A stretch of DNA of 48,775 bases from a virus: the IMG/VR virus record IMGVR_UViG_3300015259_000001. The stretch is one strand, 5' to 3'. How positions within the stretch are numbered: the stretch's first letter is position 1; every line of letters begins with the position of its first letter. Position numbers and translations under genes: made by a program. Shown here in pieces: positions 36,341 through 44,615 of this stretch. Under the pieces are notes generated by a model. That model did not search any database. It saw nothing but the letters and a program-made list of their open reading frames with translations, and was not told the origin of the DNA.

Positions 36341-36604
36341 TTATGATCTACTTTGATTATAATAAGTTTTATATTCCATATAGTTAGTACTCATTGCGAG
36401 TATAGCAAGGACATCTTTTGGTATTTCCGCCTCACAATGATAACATTTTTCATTTTCAAACGATGCATTAGTATATTCAGTCATAAAAACTGTACACATA
36501 TGAAACAGTGACATGTATAAAAAAGAACCATTTCCTGTGTATGCCCAGATGCGGTAATCACCCAAATCTATAACTTGGTATTTTATGCCTAATTCTATGT
36601 TCAT
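36341..36604 (-). CDS. Zn-ribbon paralog family protein
   Basis: DLGDYRI...FHMC...CYHCEAEIPKDVLA. Confidence 0.75.
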   Translation of the reverse strand: MNIELGIKYQVIDLGDYRIWAYTGNGSFLYMSLFHMCTVFMTEYTNASFENEKCYHCEAEIPKDVLAILAMSTNYMEYKTYYNQSRS

Positions 36605-36903
36605 ACAGATGGTATTGGTGTTATTATTTTTATTGTCGAGATTATAGCATGTAAATCTTTCGGTATTGGAGTATTACATGCCCAACATTTTCCTTTCGTA
36701 GAAACCCATACTGTAGTCTCTACCGTTGGGTTTCTACAGTTGTGATGTACTACTGAAAGGGTGTTTATATTGTTTTCGTATACACATATAGTCCAGTCTT
36801 CAAAGTTTAACTTAATCTTTAATGAGAAATGTCCTGCATTTGTATTATGGACATACCATATTGTACTATCCGTATCATTAATATAATATACTGTATTATT
36901 CAT
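36601..36903 (-). CDS. Zn-ribbon paralog family protein
   Basis: EDWTI...HHNC...CWACNTPIPKDLHA. Confidence 0.75.
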   Translation of the reverse strand: MNNTVYYINDTDSTIWYVHNTNAGHFSLKIKLNFEDWTICVYENNINTLSVVHHNCRNPTVETTVWVSTKGKCWACNTPIPKDLHAIISTIKIITPIPSV

Positions 36904-37118
36904 TCCGGCCTCAGAGTGTGAATAATTGCAGAAACATCATTGGGGACAGGTGTAGAACAATATACACACTTATGAAATCTTTTGGCTGTATGGGTTGTGA
37001 TGTTTCTTGGAAAAGTATTACAGTTATGTACAAGATTATAGGCACCGTAAAAGTCATCTGGCTCTTTTATCTGTATTATTTTCCAGTCACTGAGATCTAT
37101 TATTACCTCGAATGTCAT
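36900..37118 (-). CDS. Zn-ribbon paralog family protein
   Basis: SDWKII...HNC...CVYCSTPVPNDVSA. Confidence 0.78.
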   Translation of the reverse strand: MTFEVIIDLSDWKIIQIKEPDDFYGAYNLVHNCNTFPRNITTHTAKRFHKCVYCSTPVPNDVSAIIHTLRPE

Positions 37119-37366
37119 ACTGTTGCTATAGTGTGGATAATTGCAAAAACATCATCAGGTACAGGGGTAGAACAATTCACACATTTACGAAATTTCTGGG
37201 CTGTATAGGTTGTTATATTAGCTGGAAAAAGATTACAGTTATGCGTTAGGATATAAATATATTTTATTCCATAAAGATGATCTGCGTCCGTTGCACTTAT
37301 TATATCCCAGTCACCTAGACTTACTAGTGACTCGAATTTCATATCCATTGTTATATCTAGCCCCAT
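37115..37366 (-). CDS. Zn-ribbon paralog family protein
   Basis: GDWDII...HNC...CVNCSTPVPDDVFA. Confidence 0.78.
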   Translation of the reverse strand: MGLDITMDMKFESLVSLGDWDIISATDADHLYGIKYIYILTHNCNLFPANITTYTAQKFRKCVNCSTPVPDDVFAIIHTIATV

Positions 37367-37373
37367 ATTATAC

Positions 37374-37607
37374 CTATGTTAGCCTTAAAGTGTGAATAAT
37401 TGCAAAAACATCATCGGGTACAGGTACAGAGCAATTTATACATTTACGAAATACCTTAGCGGTATAGGTTGTTATATTAGCTGGAAAAGATATACAATCA
37501 TGTATAAGATGATAACTACTTTTTGTTAAAATATTATCTGTACCCTTTGTACTTATTATGTTTATTACTTTCCAGTTATCTAAATCTATTAATACTTGAG
37601 GTTCCAT
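37374..37607 (-). CDS. Zn-ribbon paralog family protein
   Basis: DNWKVI...HDC...CINCSVPVPDDVFA. Confidence 0.78.
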   Translation of the reverse strand: MEPQVLIDLDNWKVINIISTKGTDNILTKSSYHLIHDCISFPANITTYTAKVFRKCINCSVPVPDDVFAIIHTLRLT

Positions 37608-37608
37608 A

Positions 37609-37854
37609 TTATACCCCCATAGTGCAAGCTATTGCTTCTACGTCTTTTGGTACCTCGGCGTTACATGCGGGACAATGATTTACATCTACTAATAGTTTAG
37701 TGAATAATATATCATTGGTAACTGATGTTTTTGTTGCTCTTTGTTTCCAACCAACATAATTAAAAGTACAGTTATGGTATATTCCTTTCATTATACCATC
37801 GGATATAATACTCCAATCATCAATGTTTATTCGTTTCGTTTCTGGATAATTCAT
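37609..37854 (-). CDS. Zn-ribbon paralog family protein
   Basis: DDWSII...HNC...CPACNAEVPKDVEA. Confidence 0.78.
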   Translation of the reverse strand: MNYPETKRINIDDWSIISDGIMKGIYHNCTFNYVGWKQRATKTSVTNDILFTKLLVDVNHCPACNAEVPKDVEAIACTMGV

Positions 37855-38438
37855 ATACTATGTATTATATAGAACCTAGAATCCAGCATTGGGGATATAA
37901 GTTCGTATACGCTCTGCCAGCTTAATTCTCCATTACCGCATCCGACTCGTGGGAGGCATACTTTTTTCCATCCCATTAAATCGGTTAGTTCGATTAGTTC
38001 TTCTACTGAATGTTTTATCAGCGCAAGGTCGCTCTTCGCTTTCCAACCGGGTAACCACTTAAGATTCCTTGTAGGTGTCTTTTGTAATGTTTCAGCCTCG
38101 GCCACGTATCGCGGTAATATCTTTTCGACCTCGTGACACTCAATTCGGGTTGGCTTGGTAGGGAAGCTGACCAAATGATAGGGCAATTCTTGTGATCCGA
38201 GATGAGGGATATTAATGTTATGTCTGTACGGATCGTCGTGGGTAACGAGATGCACGCCATTACCTAGATTATAAACCTTTCGACCCATTATATTAGGCAG
38301 ATCAGGCCAGCGATCCGCTGCTTGGCGGGCAACGCCCGCTCCCATAATCAAGCTACCCATAGCGGTAACGTGCCCGTTTGTTGGAATACAAATAGCGTTG
38401 CAATCTGAGGTAAAAAGATCACCTTCGTTTTGATGCAT
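37851..38438 (-). CDS. Macro-domain (ADP-ribose-binding/hydrolase) protein
   Basis: GDLF, IPTNG, MGAGVA, FPTK, LPRVGCGNG.L.W. Confidence 0.85.
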   Translation of the reverse strand: MHQNEGDLFTSDCNAICIPTNGHVTAMGSLIMGAGVARQAADRWPDLPNIMGRKVYNLGNGVHLVTHDDPYRHNINIPHLGSQELPYHLVSFPTKPTRIECHEVEKILPRYVAEAETLQKTPTRNLKWLPGWKAKSDLALIKHSVEELIELTDLMGWKKVCLPRVGCGNGELSWQSVYELISPMLDSRFYIIHSI

Positions 38439-38472
38439 ACAATAACCCCCATTCGCCTATTTGTAAAATCAT

Positions 38473-38500
38473 TTGCAATCTTCTCTAAATATGCTATAAT
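38473..38500 (+). promoter_or_regulatory. sigma70-type promoter with extended -10
   Basis: TTGCAA-N16-TATAAT with a TGn extension. Confidence 0.65.
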
Positions 38501-38520
38501 TTTGAATGAAAGGAGCCTTT

Positions 38521-38889
38521 ATGAAACGAGCGATAATCGCATTTAGTATTGTAGCATTTCTCCCGATTTTTGCATGGGCCGTCAATCTTCGTCCTGTACC
38601 TGTTGCTGGAGTATATAGCATCAAAGTACAGGCACCATCGGAAATTGACGTGGCGCAGGTTTGTCTGGATCGCGTCGATGCAGCCAATACCAAATTAGAG
38701 CGCTTAATCTGTCTCCCAGCAGGCCCTAATGAGGTTCTAACGTTTAGTGTAACGGTGCCGGTAACGCCCGGCGTAGATGCAACGTTACGTGCTGTTGCTA
38801 TTGACCAATCCGGTAATGAGTCGGCATATTCGGCTGATACGGCTGTTCTAGACTTTACTGCACCAGCATCGCCTTCTTTTGTAGAATAA
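38521..38889 (+). CDS. Secreted beta-sandwich (Ig/FN3-like) protein
   Basis: AAGGAG RBS, Sec signal ending AWA, AVAIDQSGNESAYS. Confidence 0.65.
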   Translation: MKRAIIAFSIVAFLPIFAWAVNLRPVPVAGVYSIKVQAPSEIDVAQVCLDRVDAANTKLERLICLPAGPNEVLTFSVTVPVTPGVDATLRAVAIDQSGNESAYSADTAVLDFTAPASPSFVE

Positions 38890-38911
38890 CATAAAAGACT
38901 ACTATAACATT

Positions 38912-38943
38912 AAGGCCGGGAGGGCTTTCCTTCCCGGCCTTTT
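38912..38943 (+). terminator. Intrinsic terminator
   Basis: AAGGCCGGGAGGG-CTTT-CCTTCCCGGCCTT followed by T-rich sequence. Confidence 0.7.
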
Positions 38944-39081
38944 CATTTAGGAGAACTGAAATGGAACCGGGGATATCGAACGAATAATAGGAGCAAAGCG
39001 TCGGCGGGACAAAAAAGCGGGTATTACAGGTAAGAAATATAGGATTAAACTGAACAAAAAGCCGGAGCGGCATAGCCGCAG

Positions 39082-39585
39082 TTGGTGGAATGTGCTATAC
39101 TACTCTGGCGTAGTCGTATTTCTTTTATTGGGGGTTTTACTGTGGAAATTGATTTGGCTGATGCGAAACGTCTGGAGGAGATGGCAGAAGAAGAACATCT
39201 CCGACTAACAGACCCAGTAGCGTATATTGGTAGAGTTACGGAGCGAATGGATAAACACTATAGACCTACATTCTTTAAGCTCAATAAAGATGGAATGGGT
39301 GATCTTATTCCTGTAGGTAATTGGATAGTAGATCCTGAAGGTATTATTTTAGATATTGTACATTTATGTGATGGTGAATTTAGTTCTCCTACAGTAATGG
39401 TATCTGATAATCGTAAGTCTCATACTTTGTATAAAGATAACAAGAACAGTAAAAGAGAGAAGTGGTCTATAGTATGTGTAACCTGTGGGGCTAAGCCTAC
39501 TGAAGATGTTAATGTAGTTATGGAATTGTTAAAAACTCGAAAAGAGAATATGAACTATGACAATGCACCCCAAAATCCAGCTTAG
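39082..39585 (+). CDS. Protein with a C-terminal Zn-ribbon family domain
   Basis: GNWIV...VHLC...CVTCGAKPTEDV; start uncertain. Confidence 0.6.
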   Translation: MVECAILLWRSRISFIGGFTVEIDLADAKRLEEMAEEEHLRLTDPVAYIGRVTERMDKHYRPTFFKLNKDGMGDLIPVGNWIVDPEGIILDIVHLCDGEFSSPTVMVSDNRKSHTLYKDNKNSKREKWSIVCVTCGAKPTEDVNVVMELLKTRKENMNYDNAPQNPA

Positions 39586-40024
39586 ACCATCATGGGATCA
39601 ATACTTTTTAGATATTGCTGATATCGTATCCTCCAGATCAAAAGATCCCAGAACAAAGGTCGGAGCAGTACTTGTGCGCGAACGACGTATAATCGGAACG
39701 GGATATAATGGATTTCCGAAATACGTTAATGAAAACATAGATGCACGTTGGGAGGTTCCCGAGAAGTACATATGGGTTGCGCATGCGGAACGGAACGCTA
39801 TTGATATGTGCGCCCGAGACGGAGTAGCTACGAAGGGGGCTACGCTTTTTGTGACCCTTCCCCCCTGTAACGAGTGTGCAAAGAGTATTATACAGTGTGA
39901 GATAGATAAGGTAGTTATAGGTAATCCTGCTCCTGCTCATTGGCAGAATAATGTTAATATCGCGGAGTCAATGTTAAAAGAAGCAGCAATCATTATCGAA
40001 CTTGCATTCTCGACAGATTTGTGA
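39557..40024 (+). CDS. dCMP deaminase
   Basis: RPSWDQYF, RSKD..TKVGAV, GYNG, HAE.NA, PCNEC. Confidence 0.93.
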   Translation: MTMHPKIQLRPSWDQYFLDIADIVSSRSKDPRTKVGAVLVRERRIIGTGYNGFPKYVNENIDARWEVPEKYIWVAHAERNAIDMCARDGVATKGATLFVTLPPCNECAKSIIQCEIDKVVIGNPAPAHWQNNVNIAESMLKEAAIIIELAFSTDL

Positions 40025-41189
40025 TATAATGGAAGTACGGCTTCCGGACGCGCAGAACATACGCCGTTTATGGCTCAAGATTCGTCAGTATAGAAGAGGA
40101 GGAAATAGTTTGAGTTATCCATCAGCCTATGATTCTACTGAGGGCGAAAGCGATGGGGCAGGATTGCTTCCTCCTCTTGCTCCTACTCGTCCTAAAGGTT
40201 TGATGCGTTGGAATCCTCATGGAGAATACTGGGAATTTACCAGTCCCTTTGAGACTGTAGATAGTTGCGAGAGTACACCTGCTATTAGAGCTGCTTATCT
40301 TACTCGTAACTATAATGCTATCTTTGCTGCTTTCCAGCCCGGTGATATTGTTTGTACCGCAAATGATATCACTACTTGTGATATGTTTGTTCATATGAAG
40401 TTAGGTACTACTCAACGTATGTTACCTAATGGTGTCTATATTGTAGACTTAGGGACTGATGGTATTATTCTTCGTCCCTATACTGGGACTATTGATGATT
40501 ACGTTGCACTACCTCATTCTGTAGAGCAGCTACCAACAGATATGGCTGTTTTCTTCAATAAGCGTAGTTCTTATGATGCTCTTGGTATGAGGCATAAACG
40601 TGGTGCTCTCGTATACGGTCCCCCGGGTAATGGTAAGACTTTTCGTATAATGAAATGCGCGATGGAGTTTGCTGCTCAACACGATTGCCTAGTCTTTACT
40701 CTAAGCAATTCTATTCGAACCATTGATTTTCTTCAGTACCTTACTCCTGTTATACATGGTAGGAATAACATTGTTATTATTGAAGAGATAACTGAAAGAG
40801 CACAGAACGACGTACAGGCAACGCTACGGTTCCTTGATGGTGATACAAGTTGGAATAATTCATATATTATCGCTACCACCAATTATCCTGAAAGACTTCC
40901 AGCTAATCTAATTGATAGACCGGGAAGATTTGATATCCTACTTGATGTAGGACACCCTGATATACAGTCTAGAAGAACTTATCTAGAGCATTTTCTTGGG
41001 CATGTCGATAATAAGACCTTACAGGAAACCACGAATTACAGTATTGCATACCTTCGAGAAATGATTATTAGAAGTAAATTAGATAATACTCCTTTTATTG
41101 ATACTATCAAGATGATGAGGGACCGTAAAGAAAAAATCAAAAATAAGTTTGCTGCGGAAAATGGAGATATGTATGGAAGATATCAGTGA
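40002..41189 (+). CDS. AAA+ ATPase
   Basis: RGALVYGPPGNGKT, IIEE, LDG, ATTN, DRPGRFD. Confidence 0.9.
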   Translation: MHSRQICDIMEVRLPDAQNIRRLWLKIRQYRRGGNSLSYPSAYDSTEGESDGAGLLPPLAPTRPKGLMRWNPHGEYWEFTSPFETVDSCESTPAIRAAYLTRNYNAIFAAFQPGDIVCTANDITTCDMFVHMKLGTTQRMLPNGVYIVDLGTDGIILRPYTGTIDDYVALPHSVEQLPTDMAVFFNKRSSYDALGMRHKRGALVYGPPGNGKTFRIMKCAMEFAAQHDCLVFTLSNSIRTIDFLQYLTPVIHGRNNIVIIEEITERAQNDVQATLRFLDGDTSWNNSYIIATTNYPERLPANLIDRPGRFDILLDVGHPDIQSRRTYLEHFLGHVDNKTLQETTNYSIAYLREMIIRSKLDNTPFIDTIKMMRDRKEKIKNKFAAENGDMYGRYQ

Positions 41190-41388
41190 AGAGCAAAAGA
41201 CCGATAGCTCCGGTCAAAGTAGAAAAGCCGAGGATATACTAGTAAGGTTAAAACAAAACGGAGAAATAATAGAGATTCCTCTTTTGATGTTATTGGCTGG
41301 TTTATTTGATGATATTGCGGATATTAAATTAAGACTCTCCCTCATAGAAGTGGAAACAACGAAGAAAAGCCCATTGATTAGAGTTTAA
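41149..41388 (+). CDS. Hypothetical protein
   Basis: Co-oriented ORF. Confidence 0.55.
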   Translation: MLRKMEICMEDISEEQKTDSSGQSRKAEDILVRLKQNGEIIEIPLLMLLAGLFDDIADIKLRLSLIEVETTKKSPLIRV

Positions 41389-41419
41389 CCCCCGCCGCAC
41401 TCTCAGGGCCGCCCCCCAT

Positions 41420-41454
41420 AGAACCCCTCCCTAACACGGAGGGGTTCTTTTTTT
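41420..41454 (+). terminator. Intrinsic terminator
   Basis: AGAACCCCTCC-loop-GGAGGGGTTC-T7. Confidence 0.85.
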
Positions 41455-41471
41455 ATATACTATTACTAGGA

Positions 41472-41822
41472 ATGGCAAATAAGACTACAGATATCCCTAG
41501 CGTAAATGCAGAAAACGCTAAGGTACTAGCTGAGCTAGTTATTGAGCCCACGACCCCGGAAGCTCTCAGAATAAAGATTCTGAACAAACTTCTTGAGGCA
41601 TCGGAGGGTTCATCGTTCTTTAGAACAATGTTTGATGAAAAGCTTAGTTTAGCCTCTTGTCCTGATTGTGGTCATGAAAATCATTGGCTAATACCAGAAG
41701 ATGAACTAAACAAAATGGGATGGGTTACCCACGAAAAAGATTCACGAGTTCCACCATTTACTAGCCAAGAAACATGTAAATCTTGGGAAGAAGCTTGTGC
41801 CAAGAAAAAGGTTACCGTATAA
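41472..41822 (+). CDS. Zn-finger hypothetical protein
   Basis: CPDCGH. Confidence 0.65.
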   Translation: MANKTTDIPSVNAENAKVLAELVIEPTTPEALRIKILNKLLEASEGSSFFRTMFDEKLSLASCPDCGHENHWLIPEDELNKMGWVTHEKDSRVPPFTSQETCKSWEEACAKKKVTV

Positions 41823-42292
41823 TGGCTAAACCTATACGCGAACTATATGAAGATATACAGAGAGTTAAGGAGGGTAAACTTTTTAAGTCTGCTGGACGGG
41901 CGGGTCGTTTACAGAGTAAAACTAATACCGGTACATTACGAGCTAGAAGCGCAGCTACGGCTGCATCTATGGATGTAAGACTCAGCAAGACCATATCGGG
42001 AGAGCAATCTCCGCCTGCAAAGATAGCTAGACTTCGACAAAAGGCTGCTCTTAAAGGTTTGGATATTCCTAAGGAAATAGTTGAGAAAAGACTATCTAGT
42101 CCTGCGAAACCAGTTGGAGCGGGTTCCGTTAGTTTTGGTAGATTGGCAAGATTAGCAAGGTTATTAGGTAAGGTAGGGAGTAAGACTAAAATTTTGGGAG
42201 TTGTACCTTTACCGTCTCAGCTTGAAGAGTATAAACAACACATGAAGCCTCTCTCTAAGAAAGAGCAAGAACGAAGTGCTAGAGGTATTTAA
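41822..42292 (+). CDS. Basic protein with shared C-terminal tag (1 of 4)
   Basis: Ends LPSQLEEYKQHMKPLSKKEQERSARGI; start at the TAATG overlap. Confidence 0.75.
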   Translation: MAKPIRELYEDIQRVKEGKLFKSAGRAGRLQSKTNTGTLRARSAATAASMDVRLSKTISGEQSPPAKIARLRQKAALKGLDIPKEIVEKRLSSPAKPVGAGSVSFGRLARLARLLGKVGSKTKILGVVPLPSQLEEYKQHMKPLSKKEQERSARGI

Positions 42293-42780
42293 TGCCTAAA
42301 AGTAAACTACCCAAAGGTGCTCAATCTCTTAGCGACATCGCTAAGATGAGAGGTAGGGGCGGGCAACTACTTAAACAATCCCGTAAATCAGAGTTCAGCG
42401 AACATCCTTCCGAAATGACCGACAGAGGTATGAAGGATTATCGTAGAGCCGTAGCAGGAAAAGAATTTACCTATAGGAAGGGTTTAAGGAGTGAGCTTTC
42501 TTCTGTTACTAGTAACCCTTTAAAGTACGAGAAACCTCCTGTGGTAGCTGGTCTAAAGGTCTCTGATATACATTCTGCTAGAATAGGCAGTCCTCCGATA
42601 AATATAAAAAAACCATATGATCTAATTTCTGCGTATAACCTAAGGACTATAGCCAAAGCAGCAGGTAAGATGAGTGCTATTGGTCAAATTATAACTCTTC
42701 CAGAGCAGGTAAAAGAGTATAAACAACACATGAAGCCTCTCTCTAAGAAAGAGCAGGAGAGATCGGCAAGAGGTATATAA
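42292..42780 (+). CDS. Basic protein with shared C-terminal tag (2 of 4)
   Basis: MPKSKLPKG...EYKQHMKPLSKKEQERSARGI. Confidence 0.8.
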   Translation: MPKSKLPKGAQSLSDIAKMRGRGGQLLKQSRKSEFSEHPSEMTDRGMKDYRRAVAGKEFTYRKGLRSELSSVTSNPLKYEKPPVVAGLKVSDIHSARIGSPPINIKKPYDLISAYNLRTIAKAAGKMSAIGQIITLPEQVKEYKQHMKPLSKKEQERSARGI

Positions 42781-43103
42781 TGGATATTAATGAATTCAAA
42801 GCATGGTTGGATGGTTATATGGAGGCTGGTGGAAAGGACATAAATCGAGTAAGAGAGAAACTACTGGAAGTAGCACCAATATATCCATTGGGTCCTCAAG
42901 TAGTTCCTTCGCCTTGGGTAGTTCCTAATATAATTCCCTTAATTCCCTCTCCTTGGATAATACCTTCTATCACTATTCCCAATAGTTATCCATGGATTAC
43001 TTGGCAGTCTGAGCAGATTAATATAACGAGCGGGACTATAATGGACGGGGTTAATAACATGAATGACTTAACAAAAGTTACTTCTTGTGCTATGGCGGAT
43101 TAA
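42780..43103 (+). CDS. Hypothetical Pro/Trp-rich protein
   Basis: EFKAWLDGY; PSPW repeats. Confidence 0.65.
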   Translation: MDINEFKAWLDGYMEAGGKDINRVREKLLEVAPIYPLGPQVVPSPWVVPNIIPLIPSPWIIPSITIPNSYPWITWQSEQINITSGTIMDGVNNMNDLTKVTSCAMAD

Positions 43104-43381
43104 TGTCAGATCTAGAAACATTAGAACGTAGATTAGACGAACACAGTAGACAGGACTTTGAACAGTTTCAGACTATAAGAGAATCTTTAGAAAATATTAA
43201 TAGTAAGTTAGATAACATTGCCGAGAAGACTATTAGAATAGAGACAATTCATGATACTGCAACAATCTCTGGTGGAGCAGCAGGCGCGATAGCTGGTTCC
43301 AGATGGTCAGCACTTATAGCTATAGTAATAGCAGGAGTATTTCAAGCATGTCAATGGGTAAGCGGTTATTCGCCGCAGTAA
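43085..43381 (+). CDS. Holin/hemolysin-like membrane protein (tentative)
   Basis: Coiled-coil N-terminus plus one C-terminal TM helix. Confidence 0.45.
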   Translation: MCYGGLMSDLETLERRLDEHSRQDFEQFQTIRESLENINSKLDNIAEKTIRIETIHDTATISGGAAGAIAGSRWSALIAIVIAGVFQACQWVSGYSPQ

Positions 43382-43584
43382 TAGTTGTTTTCATTACTGG
43401 ATGTGCGGCTGGATATGCAGATAATAATCATGCTTACGGGGTAGCCCTTGGAAATTCTGAGATATCCGCATGTAGGCAGGATGAAGTAGATGGATGTCCT
43501 AAGGTTGAGGGTGGCTCGATTAGTATAACGGCAGGGGGAGTGATTACTTCCATTGTTTCATTTTTAGCTGGATGGTTTATATGA
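43303..43584 (+). CDS. Lipoprotein with C-terminal TM segment
   Basis: KRLFAAVIVVFITGC lipobox; hydrophobic C-terminus; true start probably internal. Confidence 0.5.
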   Translation: MVSTYSYSNSRSISSMSMGKRLFAAVIVVFITGCAAGYADNNHAYGVALGNSEISACRQDEVDGCPKVEGGSISITAGGVITSIVSFLAGWFI

Positions 43585-43781
43585 GCAGACGAGATAAGTT
43601 AGAACAAGTTAGAAATGAACTAATAGAACAGTATATGGAAGATATTAGTACAGATAAAAAGAGTGACGCAGTCGAGCGAGCACTTGAAAGAGCTTTAGAG
43701 GATACAACTCCGGATAGGGCAGGATCGCCTTGGAGTAATAAGCCTAATACTAAGACTGAAAGTGAGTGGTTCGATGCCTAA
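43572..43781 (+). CDS. Hypothetical protein
   Basis: Co-oriented ORF. Confidence 0.55.
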   Translation: MVYMSRRDKLEQVRNELIEQYMEDISTDKKSDAVERALERALEDTTPDRAGSPWSNKPNTKTESEWFDA

Positions 43782-44241
43782 AAGTAAACTACCCAAAGGT
43801 GCTCAGTCTCTAGGCGATATCGCTCGTATGCGCGGTAGGGGCGGACAAAGAATACGTCATATACGGAAAACTTATCTAGGTATTGCAGAATCTCCTAAAG
43901 GAAAAAGATATGAATCCAGAATGGGGAAATTTCGGGGGTATTCTCAAGAAGCTGCAGAACTAATGTATAAACAGCAATCTAAAGCATATCATAAACCTGA
44001 TGTTTCTCCAAAAATAATAGAGGATATATCTTCTGCTAGACTTCGAGGATCAGAGGCTAAGTCACAATCCGGATATGGGGACCTGATAGGTTCTAGTAAA
44101 TTTAAAGTTTTAGCCAAAGCAGCAGGTAAGATGAGTGCTATTGGTCAAATTATAACTCTTCCCTCTCAAATTAAAGAGTATAAACAACACATGAAGCCTC
44201 TCTCTAAGAAAGAGCAGGAGAGATCGGCAAGAGGTATATAA
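43774..44241 (+). CDS. Basic protein with shared C-terminal tag (3 of 4)
   Basis: MPKSKLPKGAQSL...EYKQHMKPLSKKEQERSARGI. Confidence 0.8.
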   Translation: MPKSKLPKGAQSLGDIARMRGRGGQRIRHIRKTYLGIAESPKGKRYESRMGKFRGYSQEAAELMYKQQSKAYHKPDVSPKIIEDISSARLRGSEAKSQSGYGDLIGSSKFKVLAKAAGKMSAIGQIITLPSQIKEYKQHMKPLSKKEQERSARGI

Positions 44242-44615
44242 TGGCTAATAAACCAAAGTTACCTAAAGGTACAATGAGATTAAGGTTACAGGTTCGCCAT
44301 GAATTGACTCCTCGAAAAGAATATCCTAAAGCAAGAGGATTCAAAATCAAGCATGGTGATGAACCTAGCGCGGAAGAGATAAAAAGAACACGCCGGACTC
44401 AGACTTCTCAATTAGCCAAGTATCTTAGAGAAGGACCGATAAAGAAAAGTTGGACCGGTAAAGCAATATCGAATATTAAGATTGCTGGAAGACTGGCAGG
44501 TAAGCTAGGAGCTATAGGACAAATAGCTACTCTTCCTTCTCAGGTCGAAGAGTATAAAGAACGCATGAAGCCTCTTTCTAAGAAAGAACAAGAAAGATCA
44601 GCTAGGGGAATCTAA
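44241..44615 (+). CDS. Basic protein with shared C-terminal tag (4 of 4)
   Basis: MANKPKLPKG...EYKERMKPLSKKEQERSARGI. Confidence 0.8.
   Translation: MANKPKLPKGTMRLRLQVRHELTPRKEYPKARGFKIKHGDEPSAEEIKRTRRTQTSQLAKYLREGPIKKSWTGKAISNIKIAGRLAGKLGAIGQIATLPSQVEEYKERMKPLSKKEQERSARGI

Noticed and set aside
898-37208. Plus-strand ORFs antisense to the minus-strand genes
   Set aside because: They overlap well-supported genes and have low-complexity antisense-type translations.
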